Virus record (IMG/VR): IMGVR_UViG_3300020576_004755
Location: 118,850-182,849 of that record
Direction: 5' to 3' (one strand)
DNA from: a virus
Lineage: Duplodnaviria > Caudoviricetes
DNA: 64,000 bases
The translations under genes and the position numbers were made by a program. A model generated the notes under the pieces. That model did no database searches. It saw nothing but the letters and a program-made list of their open reading frames with translations, and was not told the DNA's origin. This document shows positions 50,111 to 60,717 of the stretch, piece by piece. How positions within the stretch are numbered: position 1 is the first letter of the stretch; every line of letters starts with the position of its first letter.

Positions 50111-51450
50111 CTATTTTTTGACGTTGAGCAAGTTAGCGATTAGCTTCGTTACGTGAAACATAAGCTCTTGAACAACCAAGAATCCAACCGTAAGGAATGG
50201 TAGAACGAATACCATGATCCAAAGTAGCCAGGCTGATAGAGTGGTCCAATAGCTCATTGGTTGGAAATGGAACGAAGTCAAAACCCTGTTTGCCAAAACA
50301 TTTATGATAAACGCTACTGCCATCTGAACAACAAAGAACAGTCCAAACGAAATGAACTTGTCAACAGTTGTTAAGACTGGAGGGTTTGTTGGAAGTTGTT
50401 CTTCACTCATTGGTTGTATCTGCTGGTGTTACAGCTTCATCACCATCAGCAGAGACAGTCTCGTCTTCCGCTGAAGCGTGCTGTTGTTGTTTTGACTTTT
50501 TTGGTTTGATGACCAAAGCAGGAACTTCTTCTGTTTCTGTGGTTGTCAAAACAATATCTCTTTTTCTTCTTGCCGCGATCATATCTTCGATTGTCTTGTT
50601 GTCCATGTTTATCTATATCCTTTTAGAATCCGCTAGAGTTAATTAGATAGCAGAGGTCGTTTCCTCTTGCTTAAGCTCCTTGTAGGCTATATACAAAACT
50701 TCCTGTAGGGCTTGGTGAATCTCTTGGTTGTTAACCAAGTCGTTGATCTGCTCAAGGGAAATTTCCGAACGCATATCCTTGACAAGCATGTTCAGAACTT
50801 CCTTCATTGCTGCTACAACCTGATTTCTGGCTGTGGCATGGTTCATATCATAACCTGCCTTGGTCATGATCTTTCCAATCTTTCTGAAATCCATCTTTTC
50901 TGGAAGGGTGATATACTTTTTGTTGTCGTCATCAACCGTAGACGATTGCTTATTGTTATTCGTTGTCATCGTTGTTTTTACCTGTCTTTTCTGCGGCACT
51001 GAGGAATTCTTTGAATATCTTTTCAATCTCTTTGTTGTCGTTGTCTTTTTTCTGTGGCTCTTCCTCTTCGACCAAATACTTGTCGTATATCGTATTCGTG
51101 TAGAGCTTTTGCTTATAGAGATTGGTTTGAATGAACTTGAAGATGTTCATATACATTGTGTTTGTTGATGCCAATGGCTCAATCTTACCACCTATATCCA
51201 CTTGTTTGTCTTTGTCAAGCTTTGCCTGAAACAAATCTGGAAAGTCATGAAGCTTTTGCTTATTCATCTGCTGAATGAATGTCTTGTACTCTTCTTTTGT
51301 GTTGAGTCCAAGGAAGAATTTTAAGTAGTCGTCAAATGAAATAACCGTAGAGCCTTTGACTCTGATTACTTCTTTTTTCAGACTCTCTTGGTCCATTAGC
51401 TCAATCTTTTGTTGTAGCTGTTGTTTTGGTGCTGACGATGATGTTGTCAT
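50111..51450 (-). other. four hypothetical genes (50111-50410 membrane, 50403-50606, 50643-~50970, 50956-51450)
   Basis: abutting ORFs downstream of sigma factor. Confidence 0.55.
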
Positions 51451-52312
51451 TGCTGTTATTAGCCTTTGTAGTTTTGGTGGCTTCTGTTTTCAAAAGGTTT
51501 GGTTCCTCGATGATGCCGAATCTCAAAAGAAGTACGTTCCTCTTCTTTGGTCCTAGCTTCTTCAAGGCAGACTTCATGTTTTGGATAAGAGCAAGCTTAT
51601 CCATATCAAGCTCACCGCTATGTTCTGTGTTCAGATTCTTGTTTGTTGATTCAAGCTTCTGGAGCATCGAAGGCGACTTCTCGCTGTTTGCGGAAGACCT
51701 AGAAGAACCTGTGGCATCCATCGACACAAGCTTGTTTGTGTTAACGGCAGCAATAGCGGAGCGCATCATCTTTTCAGAGATTGCTCCCTTCTTGAAGTCT
51801 GCTTCAAGAGCTTCTTCAAATGACGTGCCTGCTGCTTGAGCAATGCCTGCATACTTGTTTTGAAGATTGACAATGTGGGGAGGAATCACAATAGGAGTTT
51901 CTGTTTCCTTTATTGCACTTCCAACTGCCTGTCTAATCCACCAAGCTGCATAGGTTGAGAACTTGAAACCCTTGTCAGGCTTGAATCGTTCAATTGCTTC
52001 TGCCAATCCAAAACAACCTTCTTGAATCAGGTCTTGCATGGATGACTTGGAAATCATGTTCTTACTGAAATACTTGTTGATGACGTGAGTAACCAACGGT
52101 TGATTATGCATAATCAAACGATTTCTGGTGTTAATGATTTCCTTTTCGTTGTTTGAATCTTTCGCTAAGATATAGTCTTCAAACAATTTCGTATTTGATA
52201 CCTTGTTCTTCTTTGCAGGCAATTGTGGTGATTGCTTTTGAGATTTCTTCTTCGGAATTGCTGTTGAGGTAATGCTTATTGTTTCTGGAATTGTTGTTGA
52301 TGATGATTTCAT
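51401..52312 (-). CDS. sigma70-family RNA polymerase sigma factor
   Basis: DLIQEGCFGLAEAIERFKPDKGFKFSTYAAWWIRQA (region 2); region 4 appears truncated after VLLLRFGI. Confidence 0.9.
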   Translation of the reverse strand: MKSSSTTIPETISITSTAIPKKKSQKQSPQLPAKKNKVSNTKLFEDYILAKDSNNEKEIINTRNRLIMHNQPLVTHVINKYFSKNMISKSSMQDLIQEGCFGLAEAIERFKPDKGFKFSTYAAWWIRQAVGSAIKETETPIVIPPHIVNLQNKYAGIAQAAGTSFEEALEADFKKGAISEKMMRSAIAAVNTNKLVSMDATGSSRSSANSEKSPSMLQKLESTNKNLNTEHSGELDMDKLALIQNMKSALKKLGPKKRNVLLLRFGIIEEPNLLKTEATKTTKANNSNDNIIVSTKTTATTKD

Positions 52313-52886
52313 TTTTTGATCTCGGATTTTTTTCTTGCTGTTCTTCGTCTATTGTGCCGGCTGGTGGAAGTTCAACCAGAATGGACGTAATACCTTTTGC
52401 CTTTGGACTTTTCTTGTTTGTGTTAAGTGCCCACGACATATAGGTTTTTAAGCAACGAGACTTATAAGTCTCAAACTTTTTCCTGTCAAGAGGGATGCGA
52501 ATCTTTTTTGCAAAATCGTACCCTTCGTTCCATGCGTCCATCTCTTCATATAGCATGGCTATGCGAAAGGATAAACTACTCTTCGTAACAATCTCAGCAA
52601 CCTCAAGTACCCTTCTTTTGTATAAGCTTTTCTTATTCGTCTGGATCACATGACCTAGTTCGTGCAGGAGGAGGTACGTCATGTTCTCCTTATTGTTATA
52701 GATTTGTTTGATGACTATCTCCTGCTTGTTGAAGTCAATCTTCCCATACTCAGCATCGCTCTCCGCGTAAACAGTAAATCCAAATTGTGACTGAGAATAT
52801 CTCGCAACCTTGTCGAATTGCTTATTCCAATCTATTTCATTGGGTGATTTTGAAGACTTATTGCGTTTTTGCACCTTTGTTGCCAT
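52179..52886 (-). CDS. HExxH zincin metallopeptidase-like (ImmA/IrrE-like)
   Basis: LLHELGH ... EEMDAW. Confidence 0.65.
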   Translation of the reverse strand: MATKVQKRNKSSKSPNEIDWNKQFDKVARYSQSQFGFTVYAESDAEYGKIDFNKQEIVIKQIYNNKENMTYLLLHELGHVIQTNKKSLYKRRVLEVAEIVTKSSLSFRIAMLYEEMDAWNEGYDFAKKIRIPLDRKKFETYKSRCLKTYMSWALNTNKKSPKAKGITSILVELPPAGTIDEEQQEKNPRSKNEIIINNNSRNNKHYLNSNSEEEISKAITTIACKEEQGIKYEIV

Positions 52887-52952
52887 TTCAAATCTTTCTC
52901 CCTGTTTAGGATAGATATGAGATAACGGGCAATCAAATTGATTATCAAATGC

Positions 52953-52984
52953 AAAAAAGAAGAGAGGCACGAATGCCTCTCTTC
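52953..52984 (-). terminator. intrinsic terminator
   Basis: GAAGAGAGGCA-CGAA-TGCCTCTCTTC hairpin with U-run on minus strand. Confidence 0.7.
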
Positions 52985-53032
52985 CCCGGTTTACACTAAA
53001 ACAACAACTTTCGTTGCTAAGTTTTCTTTTTC

Positions 53033-54358
53033 TTACTTGCTCTGCTTAGCTCCACGAACGGCAGGAGCAGCAGGAGTTGTGGCATTTGCCTTAGCATCCT
53101 TGCTTAGTTCGTCGAACTTGGTGCAAAGACGAGCGCGAGTTTCCTTAAGATCCGAGTTCTGGACGTTGGTTGAAGCAACGATGATCTCACGAGCATACCG
53201 CTGAATCATCATAACGTTTGTTGGGATCTTTGTCGCAGCCGAGTTGAAAGCCATACGGATTTCAGGTGGAGCGTCGCACATGAAGATAGCAAGGTTGACT
53301 GCCTGGATATCTGTAAGCTTGTTAGCCTTGATGAAATCAACAAGCTTGTCCTGTAGCTCCATGAACTTGTCGTTTGGAATGACGCCGATACCAGCGTTCT
53401 TGATAAGATGCTCGCGAGCCTTGTTCCAGTTTGTGAGCACGTCTTCTGGAGTGATCACCTTGCTCTTGTATTCTGTGCAGAATGTCATGAACTTGGAGGC
53501 AAGCTCGGGACCAACCATCGAACCCGTGAGGAGATAGAAAAGATGGTCGCGGGGACGATCGTAAAGACCATTCTTCTGTAGAACGGAGTCGAGCTTGAAC
53601 CAGCTACGACGATCGGGATACTTCTTATTCTCCTCATACTCGTCATTGTGCTCAAGGTTCTTTGGATTCTGGCGAATGAAGTCAACAAGCGCAGGATTGC
53701 AATACTTCTTGGCATACTCGATCCACTCTTCAACCTGTGGAACGAGGGTGACGGTAGCCGCGCGAGAAACCTCGGCAGGGTCGGTCTGATTTACCTCGTA
53801 AGTTGAACCGATGTTCTCGGCAACAATGATACGAGTCTCCGCATGAAGAACGTTTCCGTAGAAAGCCTTGGAGTCCATAAGTTGAAAGACTGCCTGCTTT
53901 ACGCCAGGAAGAGCACGGTTACGCTCGTCGAGGAAGAGAAGTGCAGGGAACTCGCACGAGTTGATAAGCCAATCGCAAGGCTTAAAGCTTGTGCCACGTC
54001 CGTTTGTGGACTGATATGGAAGACCGATGATATCGCCTTCTGTCATCTGTGAAAGACGACGCTCGATAACTGGAATGCCCATCTCATAGGTCCAAATTCC
54101 ATTTGTCTTGGCAATGCGGTCGGCAATCGAACGCTCGCCGCGAAGCGCGTCAACCATCTTGGCACAATTCTCTGGATCCTTGTAGAAATCCGAGAACATT
54201 TGCTCTGCTGCCTGATGGACGCCTTCGGACTTACCTACGGCGTGTCGTCCACGTACGCAAAGTGGAACGTCCGCACCGAGAGTAACGGCAATCTTCTGGA
54301 AGCTTGCCATGTTGACTGGAATTGCGAGAGAAATGCCTTCTTGATTTTTTGTAGCCAT
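53033..54358 (-). CDS. MoxR-like AAA+ ATPase
   Basis: GRHAVGKS Walker A, LLFLDERNRA Walker B, DPAEVSR, RRSW. Confidence 0.85.
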   Translation of the reverse strand: MATKNQEGISLAIPVNMASFQKIAVTLGADVPLCVRGRHAVGKSEGVHQAAEQMFSDFYKDPENCAKMVDALRGERSIADRIAKTNGIWTYEMGIPVIERRLSQMTEGDIIGLPYQSTNGRGTSFKPCDWLINSCEFPALLFLDERNRALPGVKQAVFQLMDSKAFYGNVLHAETRIIVAENIGSTYEVNQTDPAEVSRAATVTLVPQVEEWIEYAKKYCNPALVDFIRQNPKNLEHNDEYEENKKYPDRRSWFKLDSVLQKNGLYDRPRDHLFYLLTGSMVGPELASKFMTFCTEYKSKVITPEDVLTNWNKAREHLIKNAGIGVIPNDKFMELQDKLVDFIKANKLTDIQAVNLAIFMCDAPPEIRMAFNSAATKIPTNVMMIQRYAREIIVASTNVQNSDLKETRARLCTKFDELSKDAKANATTPAAPAVRGAKQSK

Positions 54359-54481
54359 AATTGAAACCTGTATCTGTCTTGATTAGAGTTATTGTTTTTG
54401 TTTAGTGTTTGTCTGTGAACCGTTAGTTTGTAAACCATAACCTACTTCGATTTTTGAATAAACCGTTTCGGTTATTTTCTT

Positions 54482-55891
54482 TCACTTGCGAGCAAACTTT
54501 TTGAGCTTGTCGTCCTTGGTCATCTTGATTACAAGATCACCCTCGCGGATATACTCACGAGTACCAGTTGGTGTGATAACCCAAAGAACCTTGGAACCAC
54601 GAATCATGGGCATTGTTGGAGCGTAACCGTCCGAGAGGATGATGATACCATCCCAATGCGGAGTCTTTGGATTGTTGCAATACTCGGCAATGCAGTCAAA
54701 GCTAGTACCACCACACTTTGTACGCTTAAGCTCAGGGAATCGCTTGCCCTTCTTCCACTTGAAGCTTGAAGCAAGGTCAATCTCTGTGTCGAAGTTGAAG
54801 CAATCAATCTCAACGTGCTTTGCCAATCCTTCCATTTCACCGAATAGAAGTGCGATATCTTCATTTGCCATAGAACCAGACTGATCGATGAAGCAAGCAA
54901 AGTTGCTAATGAACGTACGCTTTACGCCTGGGAAAATGTAAGGAAGCTTCTTGTTGATTCGCTTGATCGTTGACTCACGATCCTGAGAACGAACGCGACC
55001 AATGAAGGCACGAAGAATCGAGCGCCAGTCAACCTCACGAGAAAGAGACTTACGAATCATATCACGCATATCGTGAGGGAGAGTTCCCCACTGATTCGTA
55101 CGATCGGCTTCATTGACAGCATCTTGAAGAATGTTGCGAATATGATTCTCAAACTCTTCCTGAACGTCCGCAGGCATGTTATCCCACATATCGTGGTCGT
55201 CGATTGGACCGACGCCAGCGAAAGGATCATCGTTTGGCTTTTTCTTCTTTTGCTCTTCGGCAAACTCACGAATCTTCTCAAAGTAAAACTCAGAAGATTG
55301 ATTTGTTGGCAAGCTACGGATTAGATCCGAAACCTCAGACTTGATTGGCTTTCCCTCATGATCATGGAAAACCTGTCCGGGAATCAAAGCTGCCTGTGGA
55401 AGACGAGCCTTTCCAATAAGGCTGTTGATTGCCAAGTCTGTAGCAATGTTGTGCATACGAGCAAGATTCTTGTCGTGCGTATTGCGCTGTGTAAGATGCT
55501 TTAGAGCAACGTGGAACATTTCGTGCGAGATAATGCCCTGACGTTGACGACCGGATAGACCTGCCATGAACTTTGGATTGTAACCCATGACCATTCGATA
55601 GGATGGATTCTTCCTATCGAGTGCCATATCCGAAACGCCAACATAAGCAGTTGGCTTCTTCCAGTCCTCTTGCTTGATGATATGACGTGAGATAGAGCTT
55701 AGGAATGGCTCATCGAAGGTGAATTGCAAAAAGTCCTTTTCGAAATCCTTATATGGATTCTCACGAGGAATAGCACCTTCTGCGCCCTCTTCTTCTGTTT
55801 TATCAGTTTCGGCAGAAAGTTGTTGTGTGACAACAACTCCGAGAGCCGAAGCCAATTGACCGATTGTTAGTAGTTTCTTGCTTGAAGACAT
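54482..55891 (-). CDS. metallopeptidase + VWA-like protein (DUF2201-like), AAA partner
   Basis: HEMFH, NIATDLAIN, IDQSGSM, GGTSF, SDG. Confidence 0.85.
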   Translation of the reverse strand: MSSSKKLLTIGQLASALGVVVTQQLSAETDKTEEEGAEGAIPRENPYKDFEKDFLQFTFDEPFLSSISRHIIKQEDWKKPTAYVGVSDMALDRKNPSYRMVMGYNPKFMAGLSGRQRQGIISHEMFHVALKHLTQRNTHDKNLARMHNIATDLAINSLIGKARLPQAALIPGQVFHDHEGKPIKSEVSDLIRSLPTNQSSEFYFEKIREFAEEQKKKKPNDDPFAGVGPIDDHDMWDNMPADVQEEFENHIRNILQDAVNEADRTNQWGTLPHDMRDMIRKSLSREVDWRSILRAFIGRVRSQDRESTIKRINKKLPYIFPGVKRTFISNFACFIDQSGSMANEDIALLFGEMEGLAKHVEIDCFNFDTEIDLASSFKWKKGKRFPELKRTKCGGTSFDCIAEYCNNPKTPHWDGIIILSDGYAPTMPMIRGSKVLWVITPTGTREYIREGDLVIKMTKDDKLKKFARK

Positions 55892-56215
55892 AGTTGTGTT
55901 GTTTCCTTTTATGTAAACCGTAAGTCAGTAACCATCATAGTTACACACAGCAAGATAAGAATAAACCTTTTCACGATTTATAGATTATGAGATATTCATT
56001 TTCCTGTTTGGAAATGCAAATCCCCTTGCGCTCCATCTTCCCATGAAGTTGGAATTTCTGTATTAGTGGAACCTTATAAGACAATAGAGAAGAGAGTGAG
56101 AGTGGAAGTAACTGGCAATGGTCTGTAATTGATAAATATGCTGTAGAAATAGGTATAAACTAATTTCGTTATTGTTGTTTACATTTTCCTTTTTCCATGC
56201 TAACTTATATGGACA

Positions 56216-56806
56216 ATGACGACTTCCGCCAACAACTCCTCCGTCTCTCGCACTTCCACCGTTCGTAGGGATGGTCGCAATTCTGCTAAGCGTCTCGTCG
56301 CTGCGCAGGCTGATGCCTACCGCGCACGTCATCAGGCAGGAATTCGGGCTGAGTCAAATGCTCACCAGATTGCACGTCTGATCGAGCACTCGGGTATCAC
56401 TACTGATTACCAGTCGATTCAGTGGCATTGGATCGGTCTTCCCCTTACTGGTCGGATTTCTGGCTTCATTGCCGATTTCCTTGGAGTGAAGGAAACGGAG
56501 CTTACCAACGATTCGCTCGTTCGCAAGTATTTCGAGATCCTTTGGAACCGACGTTTCGAGGGAAAGACGCACGAGAAGTGCAAGGCAAACGCTCTCAAGG
56601 ATCTTCGGATTCCCGCGTGGTCTACCTTTGCCGGTACTGATAATTGCCCTTGTTGTGGGCTTAAGCTCGGTTGCGAGCATTCAAAGTTTCGTAGCATTCC
56701 CCAGGCTGAGTGTCGTACTCGTGGAATCTATCACGCCGGACGTTGCTACAGTGTCTCGGAGTGCCTTGATTGCGGGATTGTCTCGGCAGTCGATAGCAGC
56801 GATTGA
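56216..56806 (+). CDS. hypothetical protein with C-terminal Zn-binding Cys motifs
   Basis: CPCC, CEH, HAGRC, CLDC; promoter 56177-56206. Confidence 0.65.
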   Translation: MTTSANNSSVSRTSTVRRDGRNSAKRLVAAQADAYRARHQAGIRAESNAHQIARLIEHSGITTDYQSIQWHWIGLPLTGRISGFIADFLGVKETELTNDSLVRKYFEILWNRRFEGKTHEKCKANALKDLRIPAWSTFAGTDNCPCCGLKLGCEHSKFRSIPQAECRTRGIYHAGRCYSVSECLDCGIVSAVDSSD

Positions 56807-56824
56807 AACAAAATAAAGGAAATT

Positions 56825-57118
56825 ATGAGCCAACAAACTTGTCGAACCTTTGAAAACGGTACAAAGGAATGGTATCTAAACGGTGTTTTGCATCGTGAGG
56901 ATGGACCTGCCGTTGAAAGTGCCAACGGAAACAAGGAATACCACCAGAATGGTAAGTTCCATCGCGATGATGGTCCCGCAATTGAGATCAATTACGGAAC
57001 AAAGGTTTGGTACAAGCACGGCAAGCTCCATAACGAAAATGGACCAGCGGTCGTGTGGTCCAATGGCACACAGGCATGGTATCTCGATGGAGTTTTGACC
57101 AACTTTCAACAGAAGTGA
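56825..57118 (+). CDS. LHREDGPA-repeat (MORN-variant/YwqK-like) protein
   Basis: three NG.LH..DGPA-like repeats. Confidence 0.8.
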   Translation: MSQQTCRTFENGTKEWYLNGVLHREDGPAVESANGNKEYHQNGKFHRDDGPAIEINYGTKVWYKHGKLHNENGPAVVWSNGTQAWYLDGVLTNFQQK

Positions 57119-57412
57119 TCGTCAAAAATGACAGGCATCCTAGTTTTCATCGTCGTTTTCTTTTTCATTCTTCTGCCAAATTCGAAGAAAAGGCACTAAC
57201 AAAAATGAGTTACAGAACATTGATCGTGGAGTTTCCAGTAGAGTCGAAGATTCGTCTTCGATTTCAAGACGTTGTTGTAGCTGGAGATAAGCCATCCGAT
57301 AAGGAATTGGTTACAGCGGCTATGTTTTCGCTCGCAAAGCGTATCGAGGCTGATCCCGTTCTTGCGGCAAAGCATTTCGCTTTTACAATTTACGAGGAGT
57401 GAGAAAAAGAAA

Positions 57413-57709
57413 ATGACTACCAAGGTTAAGCTGGAAAAGGATGGATACATTTTTGCATCCATCAAGGATTCGTCTGTAATCAAGGCGTGTTCCTACGAGA
57501 AGGGTCTAAAGCGACTTAATGTCACTTTTACCAACGGCAATGTTTACTCTTTCGACGGAGTGAGTTATTCTCGTTTCAATCGACTTGTAGAGTCTGAGTC
57601 TGTTGGTTCGTATTTCGCGAAGCATGTCAAGGGCAAGTACCCTTCGACAAAGCGAAACTTCGTTATTGCCAATGAGATTTTGCATTCTCTGAGTCGTTCG
57701 TTTCGCTGA
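57413..57709 (+). CDS. KTSC domain protein
   Basis: DSSVI....Y......L.V.F.NG.VY....V........ESVGSYF. Confidence 0.8.
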   Translation: MTTKVKLEKDGYIFASIKDSSVIKACSYEKGLKRLNVTFTNGNVYSFDGVSYSRFNRLVESESVGSYFAKHVKGKYPSTKRNFVIANEILHSLSRSFR

Positions 57710-57738
57710 TTCACTTTCAAGAAAGAGAAAACCAGAAC

Positions 57739-58530
57739 ATGCAGCTAAATCTAGGACAGCCAAAGGTCAAGTCTACCACAAACATTCTTGAGGTAGAGAT
57801 TCCTGAGCAAATGAAGGACAGCATTCCAAGCGGAAACATGTTCATCGATGCTCTTTTTGCCGGTGACGGTATTCTGCCTTCAACGGTAGCACTTGTTACA
57901 GGAATGCCAGGAGCGGGCAAAAGCACGCTTATGATGCAGCTTGCCGATTCGCTGACAGCGGCAGGGCATATCGCTCTTTACAATGGTTGCGAAGAGTCTC
58001 TCTATCAGGTTCGTCGAGTCGTTACACGTCTTGGTCTTCGCAATGGTTTCGTGGTTGGCTACGATCGCGATGTTTATGCGATCGTTGATCACGCTGCTTC
58101 GCTACAAAAGGCAAATCCAAACAAGAAGGTTTTCATTTTTGCCGATTCTTTGCAAACTCTAGAGGTAGGACGTAAGAAGGGACAGCGAGGTCGAAACCTC
58201 TCTCGTCTCAATACGCAGATTGCCGGCACGGAGATCCTTACGCAATGGGCAAAGGAAACGTTCAACGCTGCTTTCATCATCGGACAGGTTACAAAGGCAG
58301 GCGAGTTCACAGGCAAGCAGGAAATTAAGCATACGGTTGACTGCCATATGCACTTGTCTTTTCATCGTGAACATCGTCGCGGTCCAGAAGAGCGTTTTGC
58401 ACGCATGGAAAAGAACCGCTTTGGTACAGCGGGAGTCTACTACAACTTTAGTCTCGACGCTCGTGGAGTGAATTTCCAGATTCCTTCTGGCGATGCCGAT
58501 GATGACGAGGATACAGATACCGAGGATTGA
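57739..58530 (+). CDS. RadA/Sms-like RecA-family ATPase (ATPase core only)
   Basis: GMPGAGKST, EES, DSLQT, GQVTKAGEFTG, HTVD, KNRFG. Confidence 0.85.
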   Translation: MQLNLGQPKVKSTTNILEVEIPEQMKDSIPSGNMFIDALFAGDGILPSTVALVTGMPGAGKSTLMMQLADSLTAAGHIALYNGCEESLYQVRRVVTRLGLRNGFVVGYDRDVYAIVDHAASLQKANPNKKVFIFADSLQTLEVGRKKGQRGRNLSRLNTQIAGTEILTQWAKETFNAAFIIGQVTKAGEFTGKQEIKHTVDCHMHLSFHREHRRGPEERFARMEKNRFGTAGVYYNFSLDARGVNFQIPSGDADDDEDTDTED

Positions 58531-58569
58531 AAGAGAAAATAAGCGAAAACAGAATTTTTTCTCTCAACG

Positions 58570-58599
58570 GTTTACAAAACTGTTTCGACCTGCTATATT
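58570..58599 (+). promoter_or_regulatory. early-type promoter
   Basis: GTTTAC-N18-TATATT with TG extension. Confidence 0.7.
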
Positions 58600-58605
58600 G
58601 AGAAT

Positions 58606-58758
58606 ATGAATAAGGGAAACAAAAACAAGGCTGGTTCGCCCAACAAGCGTAACGCAGCAGTCTGCATTGCGAAGGGTCGTAACGGTGGTGCCATGCGTCA
58701 CAAGAACGATCGTCGCAAGAACGACGCCCGAAATTCTTTCAAGAATCAGGAATGGTGA
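58606..58758 (+). CDS. 50-aa basic protein, probably leaderless
   Basis: MNKGNKNK...NQEW, ATG 6 nt after -10. Confidence 0.55.
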   Translation: MNKGNKNKAGSPNKRNAAVCIAKGRNGGAMRHKNDRRKNDARNSFKNQEW

Positions 58759-58915
58759 GAGAAAATGCTTTCCGGTCTACCTGAAATGTATTACGATAAG
58801 GCTTTTTTGCGTTGGTGTTCCAAGCGTGGAATCGACAAAAAGAAGCTTGTTGAAGGAATGCTTGAGGAACAGGTTGAAAACCTGTTTGATATCTATCAAG
58901 ATAGTCTAGAAGGCG

Positions 58916-59149
58916 ATGATGATCGCTAATCTATTCACAGTGGCTAAGTCTTGGAGAAGTGAGATTCTGATTCTCGTCTTCGGATTCTTTTTTGCAGTTT
59001 TCGCAGGTTGCGTCTTTTCTGGCGCAACTGTTTTGACAAATACCAATACGACGACAAACCAACAACAACCTCCGGTTTGTGTAAGTGGATCCTACTTGAT
59101 TAGAGATAGTCAAGGTGTGTATCGCTGCGTGAGTACCGGAAGGAATTAG
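58916..59149 (+). CDS. small membrane protein, resembles 1643..1846
   Basis: TM then CVSGSYLIRDSQGVYRCVS. Confidence 0.6.
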   Translation: MMIANLFTVAKSWRSEILILVFGFFFAVFAGCVFSGATVLTNTNTTTNQQQPPVCVSGSYLIRDSQGVYRCVSTGRN

Positions 59150-59306
59150 CTAGATTCAGAAAAAATCATCTAGCAAAAGAAAAAAGTTTCAAGTCTTGGT
59201 TTACTTTTCAATCCAAGCATGATACTTATACACATACTGAATAAGACAGTGGCTCCCAAAACACAAAGAGAGTAACTGCATCGGTTAGAAAAACTCAAGT
59301 TTCGAG

Positions 59307-59370
59307 TTGAGAATGCCCGTAGGGATTACATTAAAAAAATACATCTCTACAACTTTTTGTCTCTCCTCAA
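59307..59370 (+). ncRNA. putative minimal Y-RNA-like stem
   Basis: GAGAATGCCC-GTAGGGAT-TACA...ATCTCTAC-AACTTTTTGTCTCTC; same motifs as tRNA inserts at 62949 and 63080. Confidence 0.45.
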
Positions 59371-59470
59371 ATAATTTAGAAAAAGACGTTCCACCATGGC
59401 GATACTTACATGGTGCAGATTGAGAACCTTTTACTACGGTAAATTGTACTAGGTTGCAAAATCACTTAAT

Positions 59471-59556
59471 GGATGCGATTCGACACTGGTAGTCGTACCC
59501 GGCTGTAAACCGGGAGCCTTTGGCATCTGTAGGTTCGAGTCCTACCGTATCCACCA
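59471..59556 (+). tRNA. tRNA-Tyr(GTA)
   Basis: cloverleaf, CCA. Confidence 0.9.
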
Positions 59557-59562
59557 AATTAT

Positions 59563-59637
59563 GCCGAAGAAGCTGAATAGTGCAGCGTCCGGTTGAAGCC
59601 CGGAAGGTTATGGGGTCGTTACCCATGTTCGGCACCA
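59563..59637 (+). tRNA. tRNA-Phe(GAA)
   Basis: cloverleaf, atypical T-loop, CCA. Confidence 0.8.
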
Positions 59638-59746
59638 AGTTCAAGAAAAATGATGTTTTGCTATTTTACACGCCGCTCTTTTCTATCTCGATGCAAGAGG
59701 TAGTTAAGGGGAAAATAGATGACAACAGGGAAAGACCGAAAAATTA

Positions 59747-59821
59747 TGCGGGATAGAGAAACGGCATCTCACAAGGCTCATAACCTTGAGTTCTTAGTTC
59801 AAGTCTAAGTCTCCGCTACCA
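59747..59821 (+). tRNA. tRNA-Met(CAT), initiator-like
   Basis: CAAGG-CTCATAA-CCTTG, 1:72 mismatch, CCA. Confidence 0.8.
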
Positions 59822-59929
59822 AATTAATCTTTGAGTTTTGTGCAGGTTCTCGGGAAAAACCTGGGGTCAATGGGGGAAAGTCGCTCGATCTTTAGACTTG
59901 ACAGCTTGGAAAGACAGCAAAATTTTTTT

Positions 59930-60005
59930 GGGGACGCATGTTCTAAGGTAGCGAGAACGCCTTGCAAGCGATCTGTTGTGGATTCGATTTCCACCGTCTC
60001 CACCA
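59930..60005 (+). tRNA. tRNA-Ala(TGC)
   Basis: G3:U70, CCA. Confidence 0.85.
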
Positions 60006-60068
60006 ACAAATAAAAACATGACTGTTATTTAGAGAGCAGCCTGGCAGTCGGGACAGACGACAAAATAT

Positions 60069-60144
60069 TGGAATGTAGCATAATCGGCAATGCGGCGCAC
60101 TGTTAATGCGTATTATGAAGGTTCGACGCCTTCCGTTCCAGCCA
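60069..60144 (+). tRNA. tRNA-Asn(GTT)
   Basis: cloverleaf, GCCA. Confidence 0.9.
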
Positions 60145-60149
60145 ACTTT

Positions 60150-60503
60150 ATGAGTGAAACTAACAAAATTTGTGTTAAGCATGGGCAAACTAAGTTTTTG
60201 CTTTGCAAAAGTAAAAATGCATCGCGATTTAGATGTGGAAAATGCTTGTCTGATGCTGTGCAAAAACGAAGGGATAGAATCAAAGAACTGGCAGTTGAAT
60301 CCAAAGGTGGAAAATGTGAACGTTGTGGATACAACAAATGTATCAAAGCTTTACAGTTTCATCATTTGGATCCAAAAGAAAAGGACTTTGGAATTTCGCG
60401 AAAGGGTCATACCCGATCTTGGGCTAAGGTAAAAGTCGAGATTGACAAATGCATTTTAGTTTGTGCAAATTGTCACGCAGAAATTCACTACGAAAATAGC
60501 TAA
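60150..60503 (+). CDS. HNH endonuclease
   Basis: GGKCERCGY..ALQFHHLDP..K.F..KCILVCANCHAEIH. Confidence 0.9.
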   Translation: MSETNKICVKHGQTKFLLCKSKNASRFRCGKCLSDAVQKRRDRIKELAVESKGGKCERCGYNKCIKALQFHHLDPKEKDFGISRKGHTRSWAKVKVEIDKCILVCANCHAEIHYENS

Positions 60504-60504
60504 T

Positions 60505-60580
60505 GCGAATATAGATCAATTGGTAGATTACTTCCTTGCCAGGGAAGATGTTGTGGATTCGACTTCCACTATTCGCTCCA
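60505..60580 (+). tRNA. tRNA-Gly(GCC)
   Basis: cloverleaf, TCCA. Confidence 0.9.
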
Positions 60581-60623
60581 AAACAAAATAGTTTGAAAAC
60601 TTAATATGATGACAGTATATTTT

Positions 60624-60710
60624 GCGGATATGGGGGAATGGCAGACCCGTTGGACTAAGAATCCAATTCCTGTAATGGGAGTGTAAGTTCAAGTCTTACT
60701 ATCCGCACCA
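60624..60710 (+). tRNA. tRNA-Leu(AAG)
   Basis: TTGGA-CTAAGAA-TCCAA, long variable arm, ACCA. Confidence 0.85.
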
Positions 60711-60717
60711 ATTTTAT

